The notes beneath the pieces are model-generated. The model searched no databases. It saw only the letters and a list, made by a program, of their open reading frames with translations, and was not told where the DNA came from. From contig JAEERW010000001.1 in the NCBI GenBank assembly GCA_016286055.1, positions 324,189 to 388,188 on the forward strand: 64,000 nt of DNA, read 5' to 3'. The first letter of the stretch is position 1, and the number at the start of each line of letters is the position of its first letter. Of this stretch, positions 1 to 10,700 are shown piece after piece. This DNA is from Bacteroidales bacterium. Lineage in GTDB: Bacteria; Bacteroidota; Bacteroidia; Bacteroidales; UBA3824. The translations under genes and the position numbers were made by a program.

Positions 1-87
1 TGCTATGCACGATAGCAGGCTTTATGTGTCGAGCAATGATGCTAAGACAGAATTTGCGTTTCTATTGTAGTGTTTGAGTAATGATAT

Positions 88-119
88 AAAAAAGCCGCGC
101 GTAATCACTACGGGCGGCT
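88..119 (-). terminator. rho-independent terminator (minus-strand orientation)
   Basis: Stem agccgcgcg (93-101) / cgggcggct (111-119) with one mismatch and a 9-nt loop. The A-run at 88-93 on plus gives a T-run after the hairpin on minus. Lies 264 nt downstream of the mnmA stop. Confidence 0.6.
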
Positions 120-382
120 TCCTTTTACTCTAACCTATTAATACTTAAATCAATACTTTTAAACGATGTGCAAATATAGAGGGTAAAAACTATTCTACCT
201 AAGAATTCTGTTACAATTATCTTTTTTGATGTTGCAAACTAAATAAAAATTTGTGTTTCATAAATCCGATAACTGTTGCATCCGTTTTTAGGGGTGTAAC
301 AAGGCATTCGGAGAGATGTTACAAAATTTTGATTATGTTTCAAAAAGGTTGCATTATGTTACATAACCCCGTTTATTGGGGC

Positions 383-1567
383 TTAGAAAGCGATTGTACC
401 AGACCCTATGAGTTCATCGTTTATGTACCAAGCAGCAAATTGTCCTGGGGTGATACTTTTTTGAGGAATGTCAAATTTTATATAAATTCCTTTTTCGTTT
501 TTTATTACTTCGGCATCTTGGAGCGGTTGACGATAACGGATTCTGACTTTGCATCTGAGGCTTTCACCGTTTTTAAGGGCAAGGTCGGGACGGATATTGT
601 GGATTTCGTCGTTGTGGATGAAAAGCGCTTTTCTGAAAAGTCCAGGATGGTTGTCGCCCATACCAATGTAGATGATGTTACGCTCGATATCGGTGGCAAG
701 CACGTACACAGGTTTTTCGTGTCCTCCGATGTTGAGTCCCTTGCGCTGACCAATGGTGTAGTATTGGGCTCCAATGTGCTTGGCAATGATGAATCCGTCG
801 TCGGGAGTGTAAATATATGGACGAGCGAGAGCTTCGATGTCGTCGGGATTGTCGTGCCGGTTGCGATAAACAAAAGCATCGTCGGTGATTTCTACAATGT
901 CACCCTCCTTTGATTTGAGTTTTTGTTGAAGAAAAACGGGCAGGTCTACTTTGCCCACAAAGCAAATACCCTGAGAATCTTTGCGTTTGGCGCAAGCGAG
1001 GTTGGCTTCGGCGGCTATGCGGCGTACCTCGGGCTTGATAATGTCGCCGATGGGGAAGAGCACGTTTTTTAATTGTTCCTGACTCATTTGACAGAGAAAG
1101 TAACTCTGGTCTTTGTTTGGGTCTGAGCCAGCAAGAAGTCGGCTGTAAGTTTTTCCGTCAGCTCCAGTTGTCTCTTCTCTACGGCAATAATGGCCAGTGG
1201 CAACGTAATCGGCACCGAGTTCTTGAGCGTATCTATTGAATATTTCAAATTTAATTTCTCTGTTGCATAGCACATCGGGGTTAGGGGTGCGTCCTCGGCT
1301 GTATTCGTTGAACATATAGTCTACCACGTGGGTCATGTAACGTTCCGACGAATCTACCACATGAAGCGGTATGCCAATTTGTTTTGCCACCATCTGAGCC
1401 ACAAGTTGGTCTTCTTCCCATGCGCAGTCGCCAGAGAGTGTTACAGAGCTGTTTTTCCAATTAATCATAAATAAGGCGTGCACGTCGTAGCCCTGTTGTT
1501 TGAGAAGTAGGGCAGATACTGCGCTGTCGACGCCTCCGCTGAGGCCTATTACCACTTTTTTCTTCAT
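383..1567 (-). CDS. mnmA: tRNA 2-thiouridine(34) synthase MnmA
   Basis: 394-aa ORF. N-terminal PP-loop 'VIGLSGGVDSAVSA', 'GICFVG' and full-length MnmA/TrmU-like layout. Confidence 0.93.
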   Translation of the reverse strand: MKKKVVIGLSGGVDSAVSALLLKQQGYDVHALFMINWKNSSVTLSGDCAWEEDQLVAQMVAKQIGIPLHVVDSSERYMTHVVDYMFNEYSRGRTPNPDVLCNREIKFEIFNRYAQELGADYVATGHYCRREETTGADGKTYSRLLAGSDPNKDQSYFLCQMSQEQLKNVLFPIGDIIKPEVRRIAAEANLACAKRKDSQGICFVGKVDLPVFLQQKLKSKEGDIVEITDDAFVYRNRHDNPDDIEALARPYIYTPDDGFIIAKHIGAQYYTIGQRKGLNIGGHEKPVYVLATDIERNIIYIGMGDNHPGLFRKALFIHNDEIHNIRPDLALKNGESLRCKVRIRYRQPLQDAEVIKNEKGIYIKFDIPQKSITPGQFAAWYINDELIGSGTIAF

Positions 1568-1568
1568 G

Positions 1569-2285
1569 TCAGGAAATTTTAAACTTGTTTTTGTCGAATC
1601 GAATGGCTACGGAGTTGTAAATATCTTTTTTAAATGTAAAATCTATGTCGTCGTGGAGTTTTGTGTAAAGATCTTGCACTCTTGCCGAATGTTTTAGGCA
1701 GAATTCTTTCATTCCAATATTCAATGCCTCTGTGTACATAAATAGAGCGATGTTGGCAGTGTCGCCCGGGATTGAGTATCCTCCATTTTGTTTGATAGCG
1801 TACGCTGCCGCTCCCGCAAATAGCATATCCTCGAAACAAGGTTGACGGTGAGTGCCACTGCAAAGAAACGTAATGTCGCAGTGTTGTTGGCTCAGATACT
1901 CTATCACAGCTGATAGGTTTACAAATGCGCCCGCAATCATTTGAGTGTCAGAAGGAACAAGACTTTGCGCATAGGTTCCATTGGTGGTGGTGAAAGCTAT
2001 TTTGCGACCCTTCACTATGTTGGAGTTAAACTCCAGAGGAGAGTTTCCAAGATCGAACCCCTCAGCCCGCAATGCTCCGCGCTCTCCTGCTGTCAAGTAT
2101 CCTTGAGATTTGAGCGAAAGCGGTGTAGCCATGTCGGGATATGTTTCAACCCACTCAGCGCCGTTGCATAAAGCAGTTGTGAGTGTTGTGGTAAAGCGTA
2201 TTACGTCGATAAGCACAACAATGCCGTCTTGTTTTTCTGAGCGGATCAGGTCTGGTGCGGCAATTATGTTAATGACGTGTGTCAC
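1569..2285 (-). CDS. 2-phosphosulfolactate phosphatase (ComB) family protein
   Basis: 238-aa ORF. 'VVLIDVIRFTTTLTTALCNGA' resembles the ComB-family N-terminal signature. Tightly packed upstream of mnmA. Confidence 0.7.
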   Translation of the reverse strand: MTHVINIIAAPDLIRSEKQDGIVVLIDVIRFTTTLTTALCNGAEWVETYPDMATPLSLKSQGYLTAGERGALRAEGFDLGNSPLEFNSNIVKGRKIAFTTTNGTYAQSLVPSDTQMIAGAFVNLSAVIEYLSQQHCDITFLCSGTHRQPCFEDMLFAGAAAYAIKQNGGYSIPGDTANIALFMYTEALNIGMKEFCLKHSARVQDLYTKLHDDIDFTFKKDIYNSVAIRFDKNKFKIS

Positions 2286-2766
2286 GGGTGATGATTTCGC
2301 AGAGTTCCACGTCGAAAATCAGGTTGGCGTGGTCCTCACCGTTTTGGAGAGTGTCGCGACCAAAGGCGTATGCAGCCGGCATGTAGAAAGTGGTTTTGCC
2401 ACCCTCTTTCATAGTGGGAAGACCGATTTGGAACCCCAGCAAGCAAGTGCTGTTGCTGTTAGTAGTTAAAGGTAGGAAAACGGTTTCGGCAATGTCGGTT
2501 TTGTCTTCCAAAACCTGATTTGGGTTTTTGAGCGAATAATATTTGTATTTGATAGCAACGGTGTCGCCCAATTTGCATTGCTGACCAGTGCCAACCACGG
2601 TTTCAACATAGAAGAGTTTCTCGGTTTGTTGAGCTTCAATGTTGTGCTCTTTAAGATAGCTGCTGATAACCTTTTTATCTTTGTCGATTTGTAACTCTTC
2701 TTTTTGGCAAGCCGCAGCCGCAATGCAGAATACTGCAAATAGCAGAATCAGTTTTTTTGTTTTCAT
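2269..2766 (-). CDS. FKBP-type peptidyl-prolyl isomerase lipoprotein
   Basis: ATG at 2766 gives 'MKTKKLILLFAVFCIAAAAC' (lipoprotein signal plus Cys). The C-terminal half has an FKBP-like pattern ('GDTVAIKYKYY', 'GLPTMKEGGKTTFYMPAAYAFG', 'LIFDVEL'). Confidence 0.65.
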   Translation of the reverse strand: MKTKKLILLFAVFCIAAAACQKEELQIDKDKKVISSYLKEHNIEAQQTEKLFYVETVVGTGQQCKLGDTVAIKYKYYSLKNPNQVLEDKTDIAETVFLPLTTNSNSTCLLGFQIGLPTMKEGGKTTFYMPAAYAFGRDTLQNGEDHANLIFDVELCEIITRDTRH

Positions 2767-2832
2767 TTTGTATAATTTATCTGTAACGCCGCAAAGATAC
2801 AACATTAAATTGTAACTCCAAGTTAAATCGTG

Positions 2833-3561
2833 TTAATCGGCGAAAAGGTTTTTTTGCATAATGCGGATAGTGTCGGCGAGGATACGGTATTTGTCGGATT
2901 CGCCGTTGTAGTCTTCGTTGCATTTTTCGTACACCGAACGGCATGCAAGGGTATTTTCAGATATTTTTTGAAGAATTAGGTTAGTGTTGACGTCTTTGTT
3001 GGATTGTAAAGCGTCGTTGATATAGTTGCGGAGGTTTTCAAGACCGTCGACAGCTTGTTTGAGGCGTTTTTCATCGGCATTTTTGTCGGCGCAAATCTGG
3101 AGCATCTTAAAATATTTGCCAGCCATCATAATAGCGGCAGACGATGCGTCGCCCTTTTGCTCGTTTTTGAGAATAATATCCGAGAATTGTTCGTTTGTGG
3201 GACGGCTTTTGTGTACTGCGCCAAACGACATGCCAGTTTTAAAAGCTAGGCGATATTTGTTGCTGTCGGTGGTGTCGATAGTTACAATGCCGGTTGTGTC
3301 TACATTGTTGGATTCTATGCTGTCGTCATCGATGAGGTTGAGGTTGTATTTGCTGTAGGCTTCTGGAATTGACGGTTCTGGGGTGGAGGGTGCGCTGATG
3401 GCAGAGTCTGACTCTTCTACCGACTCTATATTCATGGTGCTGGTTGTTGTATTAGATGTGGTAATAATCTCAGCCATTGAGGATTCTTCGCTATTAGTCC
3501 CGCTTTGACTGCACGATGCTGCCAATGCGAGCAGCAAGATAAAAGTAATTCTAGTTTTCAT
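2833..3561 (-). CDS. hypothetical lipoprotein (Ser/Thr-rich linker plus helical C-terminal domain)
   Basis: ATG at 3561 gives 'MKTRITFILLLALAASC' lipobox. No family recognised. Confidence 0.5.
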   Translation of the reverse strand: MKTRITFILLLALAASCSQSGTNSEESSMAEIITTSNTTTSTMNIESVEESDSAISAPSTPEPSIPEAYSKYNLNLIDDDSIESNNVDTTGIVTIDTTDSNKYRLAFKTGMSFGAVHKSRPTNEQFSDIILKNEQKGDASSAAIMMAGKYFKMLQICADKNADEKRLKQAVDGLENLRNYINDALQSNKDVNTNLILQKISENTLACRSVYEKCNEDYNGESDKYRILADTIRIMQKNLFAD

Positions 3562-3628
3562 GGTGTTGCAAGTTTTTTGCAAAGTTACTCTTTATTTTTG
3601 ATATTGTAACTTAATAAATGGAGATTTT

Positions 3629-4414
3629 TTACAATAGCATAATGCCAGCGCAAAACCGTTCTTGGTCGCCGTTTCGTGCAGAAAAGAACGAAGGAGCGTG
3701 GTGCTTGGTGCAAAGGTTGCAGTGCTCAATATTGCTCATGGGAATACCTAAGTGTATTAGGTCGCTGATAATGGTTTTTTTTAGGTCTATGGTAAACAGG
3801 CCATCAGTGGTAGGTTGAACAATGTCGGGAGCATAATATTGTCGAGAGTTGTAATTTGCGGCGCACTCTTGGTCTACCGTGTAACATTTTTTGCAGATGT
3901 GAGGGCCGATACCAACCAGAATGTCGCCATAGTTAGTTCCAAACTGAGAGTGAATGGTTTCAGCCGCCTTAACAACTGCACCCAAACGGCAACCTTCGCG
4001 ACCTGAATGTATTGCTGCCACTACCTTTTGTTTCGGAGCGTACATTAGCACAGGCACACAATCGGCAGAACGGGTTATAAGGCAGAGTCCAGGCTGATTG
4101 GTTATAAGTATGTCGTTGTCTTGTATGGCGTTTTGTTTAAGGTAAAATCCTGCGCCAGCGTCTTCGCGTGTAACTATGTGATAGTTGGCAGAATGCGCCT
4201 GGGTTTGGAACACAAAGTTTTCGGGTGTAAGACCCCATGCGAGAGCAAGCTTAACCCTGTTTACCACAAAATCGTCACTGCCCGAGAATCCGATGTTGAA
4301 AACACCGTTGTCGCTGTCGGGCGGAAGGCTGGTGGTAACAAAGTTGAGAATGTCTACCGAGTCTTTGAAAATATCAAACTGCAATATGTTCGGGTGTTCC
4401 TCGCTTACGTACAT
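3629..4414 (-). CDS. pgeF: peptidoglycan editing factor PgeF (YfiH/DUF152 laccase-domain protein)
   Basis: 261-aa ORF. 'AIHSGREG' (HxGxxG-type motif) and C-terminal 'CNLCT...FFSARNG' are typical of the YfiH family. Confidence 0.85.
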   Translation of the reverse strand: MYVSEEHPNILQFDIFKDSVDILNFVTTSLPPDSDNGVFNIGFSGSDDFVVNRVKLALAWGLTPENFVFQTQAHSANYHIVTREDAGAGFYLKQNAIQDNDILITNQPGLCLITRSADCVPVLMYAPKQKVVAAIHSGREGCRLGAVVKAAETIHSQFGTNYGDILVGIGPHICKKCYTVDQECAANYNSRQYYAPDIVQPTTDGLFTIDLKKTIISDLIHLGIPMSNIEHCNLCTKHHAPSFFSARNGDQERFCAGIMLL

Positions 4415-4455
4415 TGTTTTTTACATTATTCTTGTTGTATTCAAATGCCTTTTTA

Positions 4456-4463
4456 CAAATATA
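4456..4463 (-). promoter_or_regulatory. -7 box TAtaTTTG upstream of pgeF
   Basis: caaatata on plus is TATATTTG on minus, 42 nt upstream of the ATG at 4414. Confidence 0.4.
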
Positions 4464-4499
4464 GTTCCATTTTTATTTGGCGGCGTTTATAAAATAAAC

Positions 4500-4507
4500 T
4501 ACATTTG
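4500..4507 (+). promoter_or_regulatory. Bacteroidota -7 box TAcaTTTG upstream of the gldH-like gene
   Basis: Exact TAnnTTTG match 20 nt before ATG 4527. Confidence 0.45.
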
Positions 4508-4526
4508 CAGAAAATAATTTTTGAAT

Positions 4527-5006
4527 ATGAAAATAAGGATACATTTTGTAGCATTATTGTTGCTGATGTTGGTGGTGTCATGCAATCCCAACCGTGTTTT
4601 TGTAGAGAGGGTTACCATACCCGATATGATATGGGATATGGATTCCGTGGTAAACATTACAGTGCCAGTGGAAGACCCTTCGCAGGTGTACGACATAAAA
4701 ATTGCCATAAGGAGCAATGTGTATTTCCAGTCGCGCAACCTATGGCTATTTATCAACACCTATTCACCAGAGCATGTGGTTGAGGCTGATACGCTCGAAT
4801 GTATACTTGCCGACGAGCAAGGTAACACCACTGGCGATCCTGCGCTCGACATCATCGATTACGAGATTCCTTTTAAAATGGGTGCAAGGTTTCCCTCCGC
4901 TGGCAAATATCGTTTTGCCATTCAGCACGGTATGCGCATGGAGAAACTCCCTTGTATAGATGAGATTGGTATTATTATAGACAAACACCCACAATCAGAA
5001 AAGTAG
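4527..5006 (+). CDS. gldH: GldH-family lipoprotein
   Basis: ATG at 4527 (the track ORF starts at a TTG at 4521). 'LLLLMLVVSC' lipobox then 'RVF...W..DS', 'Y....RNLWLFI', 'GKYRFAIQHGMR' follow the GldH pattern as I remember it. A TAcaTTTG box lies at 4500-4507. Confidence 0.65.
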   Translation: MKIRIHFVALLLLMLVVSCNPNRVFVERVTIPDMIWDMDSVVNITVPVEDPSQVYDIKIAIRSNVYFQSRNLWLFINTYSPEHVVEADTLECILADEQGNTTGDPALDIIDYEIPFKMGARFPSAGKYRFAIQHGMRMEKLPCIDEIGIIIDKHPQSEK

Positions 5007-5007
5007 T

Positions 5008-5715
5008 ATGTCGAAAAACAAACTTGCCAAATTTGCCGAAATGGCTGATTTTAAAAACGTTGTACAGCCTGATGATGTATCGTTTGACCGCACACCTTAT
5101 ATACTAAGGGGCAAATGGAATGATGATTTTTTTCATAACAGCAATCCGTTAACCCTTGAACTTGGCTGTGGCAAAGGCGAATACACTGTGGGATTGGCAC
5201 AAAACTGTCCATCAGGCAATTTTATTGGCGTTGATATCAAAGGTGCGCGTATTTGGCGCGGCGCAAAAGAGGCCTTGGAGCAAAATCTTGACAATGTGGG
5301 CTTTCTCCGTACTAAGATAGACCTTATTGACAAGTTTTTTAGCGAGAATGAAGTGTCTGAAATTTGGGTGACATTTGCCGACCCTCAGCCCAAAAAGCAG
5401 AATAAGCGCCTTACCTCTGCGTTTTTCTTGAACCTATATCGCAAGATTTGCGTAGACGGCGCCCGTATTCATCTTAAAACCGACAGCCGTTTGTTGCATT
5501 TTTATACTCGTGCTTTGCTCGATGCCAACGGTATAATTCCTGATTTTGTAACTGACGACCTGTATACTTCTGATTATAAGGGCGTTGCTGTTGATATTCA
5601 GACTTTTTATGAAAAAATGTTTCTTGCTGAGGGCAAAAAAATCACTTATCTTAATTTCAAACTTGCCAAAGACCGTCAGATAGTTGAAATCCCTAAATTT
5701 GTGGGTAATCTTTAA
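5008..5715 (+). CDS. trmB: tRNA (guanine46-N7)-methyltransferase TrmB
   Basis: 235-aa ORF. SAM motif 'LELGCGKGEYTVGLA', 'FIGVDIKG' and 'WVTFADPQPKK' are typical of TrmB. Confidence 0.9.
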   Translation: MSKNKLAKFAEMADFKNVVQPDDVSFDRTPYILRGKWNDDFFHNSNPLTLELGCGKGEYTVGLAQNCPSGNFIGVDIKGARIWRGAKEALEQNLDNVGFLRTKIDLIDKFFSENEVSEIWVTFADPQPKKQNKRLTSAFFLNLYRKICVDGARIHLKTDSRLLHFYTRALLDANGIIPDFVTDDLYTSDYKGVAVDIQTFYEKMFLAEGKKITYLNFKLAKDRQIVEIPKFVGNL

Positions 5716-5729
5716 TCCAATTTTGCAAT

Positions 5730-6872
5730 ATGGAGAGCGAGGGCCAAAACAAGAGGCATATTATCATTAGAGTGTTGAGCCGTGCCAAAAACTATTTTAC
5801 GGTGGTTTTGATACTAGTAACGCTGTTGGCATATGGGGCGGTGTTTGTTAGTCCCGACGTGTTTCAGTTTCCGCAGTACGTGGGTATGGGTTATCCATTT
5901 ATTTTGGCTGTGGATGTTGTATATGCTATTGTGCTGGCTGTGATTAAGCGGAAGGCTGCTATTATTATGGCTGCATTGGTGCTGCTTGGCTTTGGATTTA
6001 TTCGCGATACTGTTCAGTTAAAACCTACGGCATATTTCGATAGCCACGACTACGCCAACCACGATGATTCTTCGTTCAATATTATGTCGTTTAATGTCAG
6101 ATTGTTAGATCGCTACAATTGGATCAAAGGTAAAAATGATACACGGCAAAAGATTTTTGAATTTTTGCAGTTTGTTTCGCCCGACATTATCTGCTTTCAG
6201 GAATTTTATGCCCGATATGCCGATAGTGTTAATAATGAGACTATTATCCGCGATATCTTGAATGCACCTTATATTATACGCGATTACAATACCGACGAAC
6301 ATTGGCTCAAAACCGACAAAGGATATGTGATTTTTTCGAGATTTAAATTAGAAAACCGTCGTTATATCATCGACAGTGCCAACAATATCAACGGTATCAC
6401 CGCCGATGCTGATGTCTACGGCAAGAAACTGAGAATTTTTAATATTCACCTCAAATCCATTCACTTAGGTTACGACGATTACAGCTTTATTGATAGCCTC
6501 GATCGTAAAAACAATAGTAAGAATATGTCGGGATTTAAAAATATCTATCAAAAAATTGGTGCGGCATATTCTGAAAGGTGTATGCAAGCTACCGTAATTG
6601 ATTCTATGATAAAGGCTTCGCCATATCCTGTGGTGGTTTGCGGTGATTTCAACGAGCCGCCAGTGTCGTATTGCTATAACAAGGTTAGGGGCAACCTCGA
6701 TGATGCGTTTTGCGAGAGCGGAACAGGTTTCGGTACTACTATGTCGCTGAAATTCTTGAATTTCCGTATAGATTATATTCTCCATTCACCTGAATTGCAG
6801 TCGCGTGGTTTTGTAACTCATCCACAACATCTTTCCGACCATTGTGCCATAAGCTGCAATATAAAGTTTTAA
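5730..6872 (+). CDS. membrane-anchored endonuclease/exonuclease/phosphatase (EEP) family protein
   Basis: N-terminal TM helices followed by EEP motifs 'IMSFNVRL', 'DIICFQE', 'VVCGDFNE', 'SDHCAI'. Confidence 0.8.
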   Translation: MESEGQNKRHIIIRVLSRAKNYFTVVLILVTLLAYGAVFVSPDVFQFPQYVGMGYPFILAVDVVYAIVLAVIKRKAAIIMAALVLLGFGFIRDTVQLKPTAYFDSHDYANHDDSSFNIMSFNVRLLDRYNWIKGKNDTRQKIFEFLQFVSPDIICFQEFYARYADSVNNETIIRDILNAPYIIRDYNTDEHWLKTDKGYVIFSRFKLENRRYIIDSANNINGITADADVYGKKLRIFNIHLKSIHLGYDDYSFIDSLDRKNNSKNMSGFKNIYQKIGAAYSERCMQATVIDSMIKASPYPVVVCGDFNEPPVSYCYNKVRGNLDDAFCESGTGFGTTMSLKFLNFRIDYILHSPELQSRGFVTHPQHLSDHCAISCNIKF

Positions 6873-6877
6873 AAAGC

Positions 6878-7729
6878 TTATTGCGAGGCTTCGTTAATAA
6901 ATTTGAAAAAATCTTTGTACCAAAATGCCGCCGATTGGTCGTTGGATTTGATACGTTCGGGTTTGATGCCAAATCCGTGTCCGCCTACTGAATATAGTTT
7001 GTAGTAATGACGTACAGTAGAGGCGTTTAGCGAATCGTTGAATATCAGTGCGTTGTGATAATCTACAATAGGATCGTCGGTGCAGTTGATGATAAACATT
7101 GGCGGCATCTGATTGTGGATATGGCGTTCGAGGCTCATACTGTCTTTGGCTTGTTCGGTGTAGTATTGCCCCAAAAGGTTTCGTCGCGATTTGCAGTGCA
7201 CATATCCTTCTTGCATGGTTATAACGGGATAAATCATAATTGAGAAATCGGGACGGAAATAGTTAGGGGGCATATTGCCGTTGAAGATGTTGTTGAAATC
7301 TTTGTTGAAATATATAGCAGATGTGCCGCTGAGGTGTCCTCCTGCCGAAAAACCGCATACTCCGATGGTGTCGTATTTGGGATAATGTGTTTTGATGTAG
7401 TGGATGGCCATCTGCAAATCTTGAATTTGTGAGGGATAGCGGTTTCCACGCATTCCTCGTCGATATAGCAGCACAAAGCTGTCGTAGCCCTCTGAGTTGA
7501 ACATACGGGCGGGCGAAAATCCTTCGTTTTCTTTTGCCAAATAACAATAACTGCCACCAGGGCAGAAAATTATCGCCTTGTTGCTCTGCTTTTCTCCAGC
7601 TGGCATTGGATATAGGCGCACAGCCTTTTTGCGAAAATCGTCGGGATGATTGCCCCACAGTTGGATATATTCTTGGGCTTGTGTGGGGATGGTTAGCAGT
7701 AATGCTATTATAATTATAAGGTGTCGCAT
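6878..7729 (-). CDS. alpha/beta hydrolase (esterase/lipase-like), secreted
   Basis: Signal peptide 'IIIIALLLTIPTQAQ', 'FCPGGSY' oxyanion-type motif and nucleophile elbow 'GFSAGGH'. Confidence 0.75.
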   Translation of the reverse strand: MRHLIIIIALLLTIPTQAQEYIQLWGNHPDDFRKKAVRLYPMPAGEKQSNKAIIFCPGGSYCYLAKENEGFSPARMFNSEGYDSFVLLYRRGMRGNRYPSQIQDLQMAIHYIKTHYPKYDTIGVCGFSAGGHLSGTSAIYFNKDFNNIFNGNMPPNYFRPDFSIMIYPVITMQEGYVHCKSRRNLLGQYYTEQAKDSMSLERHIHNQMPPMFIINCTDDPIVDYHNALIFNDSLNASTVRHYYKLYSVGGHGFGIKPERIKSNDQSAAFWYKDFFKFINEASQ

Positions 7730-10700
7730 ATCTGTGATGAATATTTGAGGTTTGCGGGTACAGAGACGCAGTTTTTGGCTACGAGAATTTTGTCGGGGTC
7801 GGGATCATAGGCAGTAACTTCCGTTTCGGGATGTACCAGAGCGAAGAGCAGAGCAATTTCGCCGTATCCACAATTGTTGAACACTTTGGTGTTGCCGGTA
7901 AAAGAGTCGATGAAACTAAGGTCTCCGTTGAGGCTTTTCTTCACTGTGTTTGCAATTTCGCTGCCCTTGTACAGATAGTTGTGATAAACCAGGGGAAGAT
8001 AGTAGTCTTTGTTTTGATGTTGTTTGCGCATACCTTCCATGTAATCAATTATATAGTGACGGAAATTGCGGGCGGTTTCCAAAGTTGTTTCTGCACAAAG
8101 TGGATTGTCGGCACCAGCTCTTTTGCCTATCTCTAACACCATTTTGCCAGGGTTTACAATTAAGCCGCCCTTTTTGAAAACGAGGTTGAGCCCGAGAAGC
8201 ACAATGGGTACAATGTCGAGTTCTAATTGCTTAGCTAAATAGAACGCACCTTGATGGAAACGGTGGATAGTTCCGTTGGTTGAGCGGGTTCCTTCTGGGA
8301 AAACCACAATTGAGTAGCCCTGAGCCACTAATGGTTTGAATTTTTCTACAAGTACATCGTAGCCGAGCGACGAGGGGTGGAAATCTACCTTTTTGAGAAA
8401 ACTACCATAGATAAAGTTTTTTTGCTGGGCGTCGTTGGTGAGAAATAATATCTTGTGCGACAGGCTTTTGATGGCGAGGATGTCGAAACTACTTTGGTGG
8501 TTGGCTATTATAAGGCATGGTTTTGAGAAATCTTCGCCGTAAGGGTTGTTGACTTCAAACTTAACACGTGGCGCATCGTAAATCATCTGAACGTATTGAT
8601 ACATTTTGAAGTGGATCTTTTCGCGGTTTTTAACAAAAATCGTGTACATACGCATCCAGAAACATATCCATAAAAATCTGAGGAAGTAAAACAACGACCC
8701 TGCCATACTTCTAAAAGTGTATGGAAACTGTCTTGGACTTCCGTCACGTTCTTTAACCAAGAAATTGTAAAGCATCGGCGGGAAAATATATGCCGCAGCC
8801 ACCACCGAAAACATTCCTATCACCACCACCACACCAAGACTCTTCATGGCAGGATGTTGGGCAAAAATCAGAGAGCCTATGCCCACAAACATTATTAGTG
8901 ACGATATAGCCACGCTATTTTTGAACGAATCGAGCACTTTGCGCCCGCGGGAGTGTTCGTAGATAAGCCCTTCGGTGATAAATACGGTGTAGTCGTCTCC
9001 CTGACCAAAAATAAATGTGGCGAGTATTATGTTTACAATGTTGAAACTTATGCCTGTTAGATACATAATTCCAAGAATCCAAAACCAGCTGACGGTTAGT
9101 GGGATAAATGAAATGACGCTAAGTTCTGCCCGTCCGAAAGAGATGGTTAGGAAGATGAAAACTATGAATCCTGCCGAAAATAGCACAAAGTTGAAATTGT
9201 CGCTAAGACTATCGGTAAGTGTTTGAGATACAATGCGCTCGTCGAAAGCTGATATGTCGGGGTCTAATCCGGCGAAACACTCTGTTACCTGCTTAGCTAA
9301 TTCTGGTTTTACTCGAAGAATGGTAATAACTGCTGAGCAAGAGCTGTCTAAGGTGATATATCCGCCAGCTCCGGTATTGAGCAACGGCTCAAAAAATGCA
9401 TAATCTTTAACTTCAAATGTGTCTTTGAGTATTTTTTCGGCCTTGTGAAAATAGTTTTTGTTTACTTTTTGTTGTTCGGCGTGAAATTCAATAAGATTAA
9501 GAATAGAGTCGCGATAAGTGTTAGTAAATGAGTTCCAAAGATTGATGCGATGCTGTTGGAGCTTTTTTGATGGCAAAAAGTTTCCTATGCCAGACACTTT
9601 TTGTATCATGTTGGTTTTCAGTAGACTGTCGGCAATGGGTGCGGCTTTTTCGTATCGTTGCAGAGCCTCTTCAATGTTGTTGCCTGTGGTTGCCACGTAC
9701 ACAGATATAGCGCTGTCGCTGTTCATCATGCCAAAAGTGTGAGCGGCTTCGGCTCGTAATGAGGGTGTCATATAGTTGAGCCGGCTCATTTCGCCGTCGA
9801 ATTGAGTTTTTGTTCCTAACCATACAAGAACCGGGGTTACCACTAACACTGGAATGATAACATATTTTTTTTGCAAAAAATTGAAACTGAGGTTTATGCC
9901 GCATTTCGACGATAGGCGGTTTGTGTCGATTTTTTGTACCAGATGAGGACAGAAAATCAGTGTAAACAAAATGGCGGCAATCAGCAATATGCCTCCAGCA
10001 AACCCCAAGTCTCTCAATGCAGGGCTGTCGGCAAATATTAACGCCAAAAACGCCGCCACAGTGGTAACGTTTCCTGTTATAAGAGGGGATGCTATCTCTC
10101 TGATATTCTGTTCCATATTGTCGGTATGGTAGTAATGTGTGATAAAGTGCAGAGGATAGTTAGCGGCAATACCTGTAAACACTGCACATATTCCAAGTGC
10201 AATTATCGAAATGCCACCAAACATAATCCACGACATTGCCGCCGCCACAGCGAAACCAAAAGCGAGCGTTATGCCCATTACTAATAGATTGCGAATGTTT
10301 CTTATTGAAAACCAAAGTATTATTAAAATAAGAACTATCGACAAGACCGATGTTATAAGCGAATCTTTTTTGATTTGAGCTGCATTGCAAACCGCTATAA
10401 CCGGCGGGCCGAAAATGTTTACCTCGGTGTCGGGATAGAGGTTTTGAAATTTGTTGGCGGCATTTTGCATAAGTTCCACTATTTGGGCATTGACGCCGCT
10501 TTCGCTCATTCCTGTGGGCGAATCAAAAAATATGACACCGCGTTTCATTTCTGGCTCCATAATGTAGCCGTTGTATAAAGTGTAACCACTTGCAGGCTTG
10601 AAACTTTGCAAATCGGACAATACGTTTACAAACAATCCGAGCGGGTCGCTTTGTACCACATTTTTAACATATCCTGGTGTGGGCGACTGCAGAATTGTTT

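Noticed and set aside
366-381. Hairpin cccc-gtttatt-gggg next to the mnmA stop as its terminator
   Set aside because: The stem is only 4 bp and no T-run follows on the minus strand. The distal hairpin at 93-119 is a better candidate.
251-913. 220-aa plus-strand ORF
   Set aside because: Entirely antisense to the well-supported mnmA gene (383-1567). No recognisable motifs. It starts in non-coding DNA.
7714-7920. C-terminal tail of the MMPL-PlsC fusion as a functional methyltransferase
   Set aside because: Only the motif I/II region is present before the stop, which is too short for a class I SAM methyltransferase fold. I report it as a stub only.
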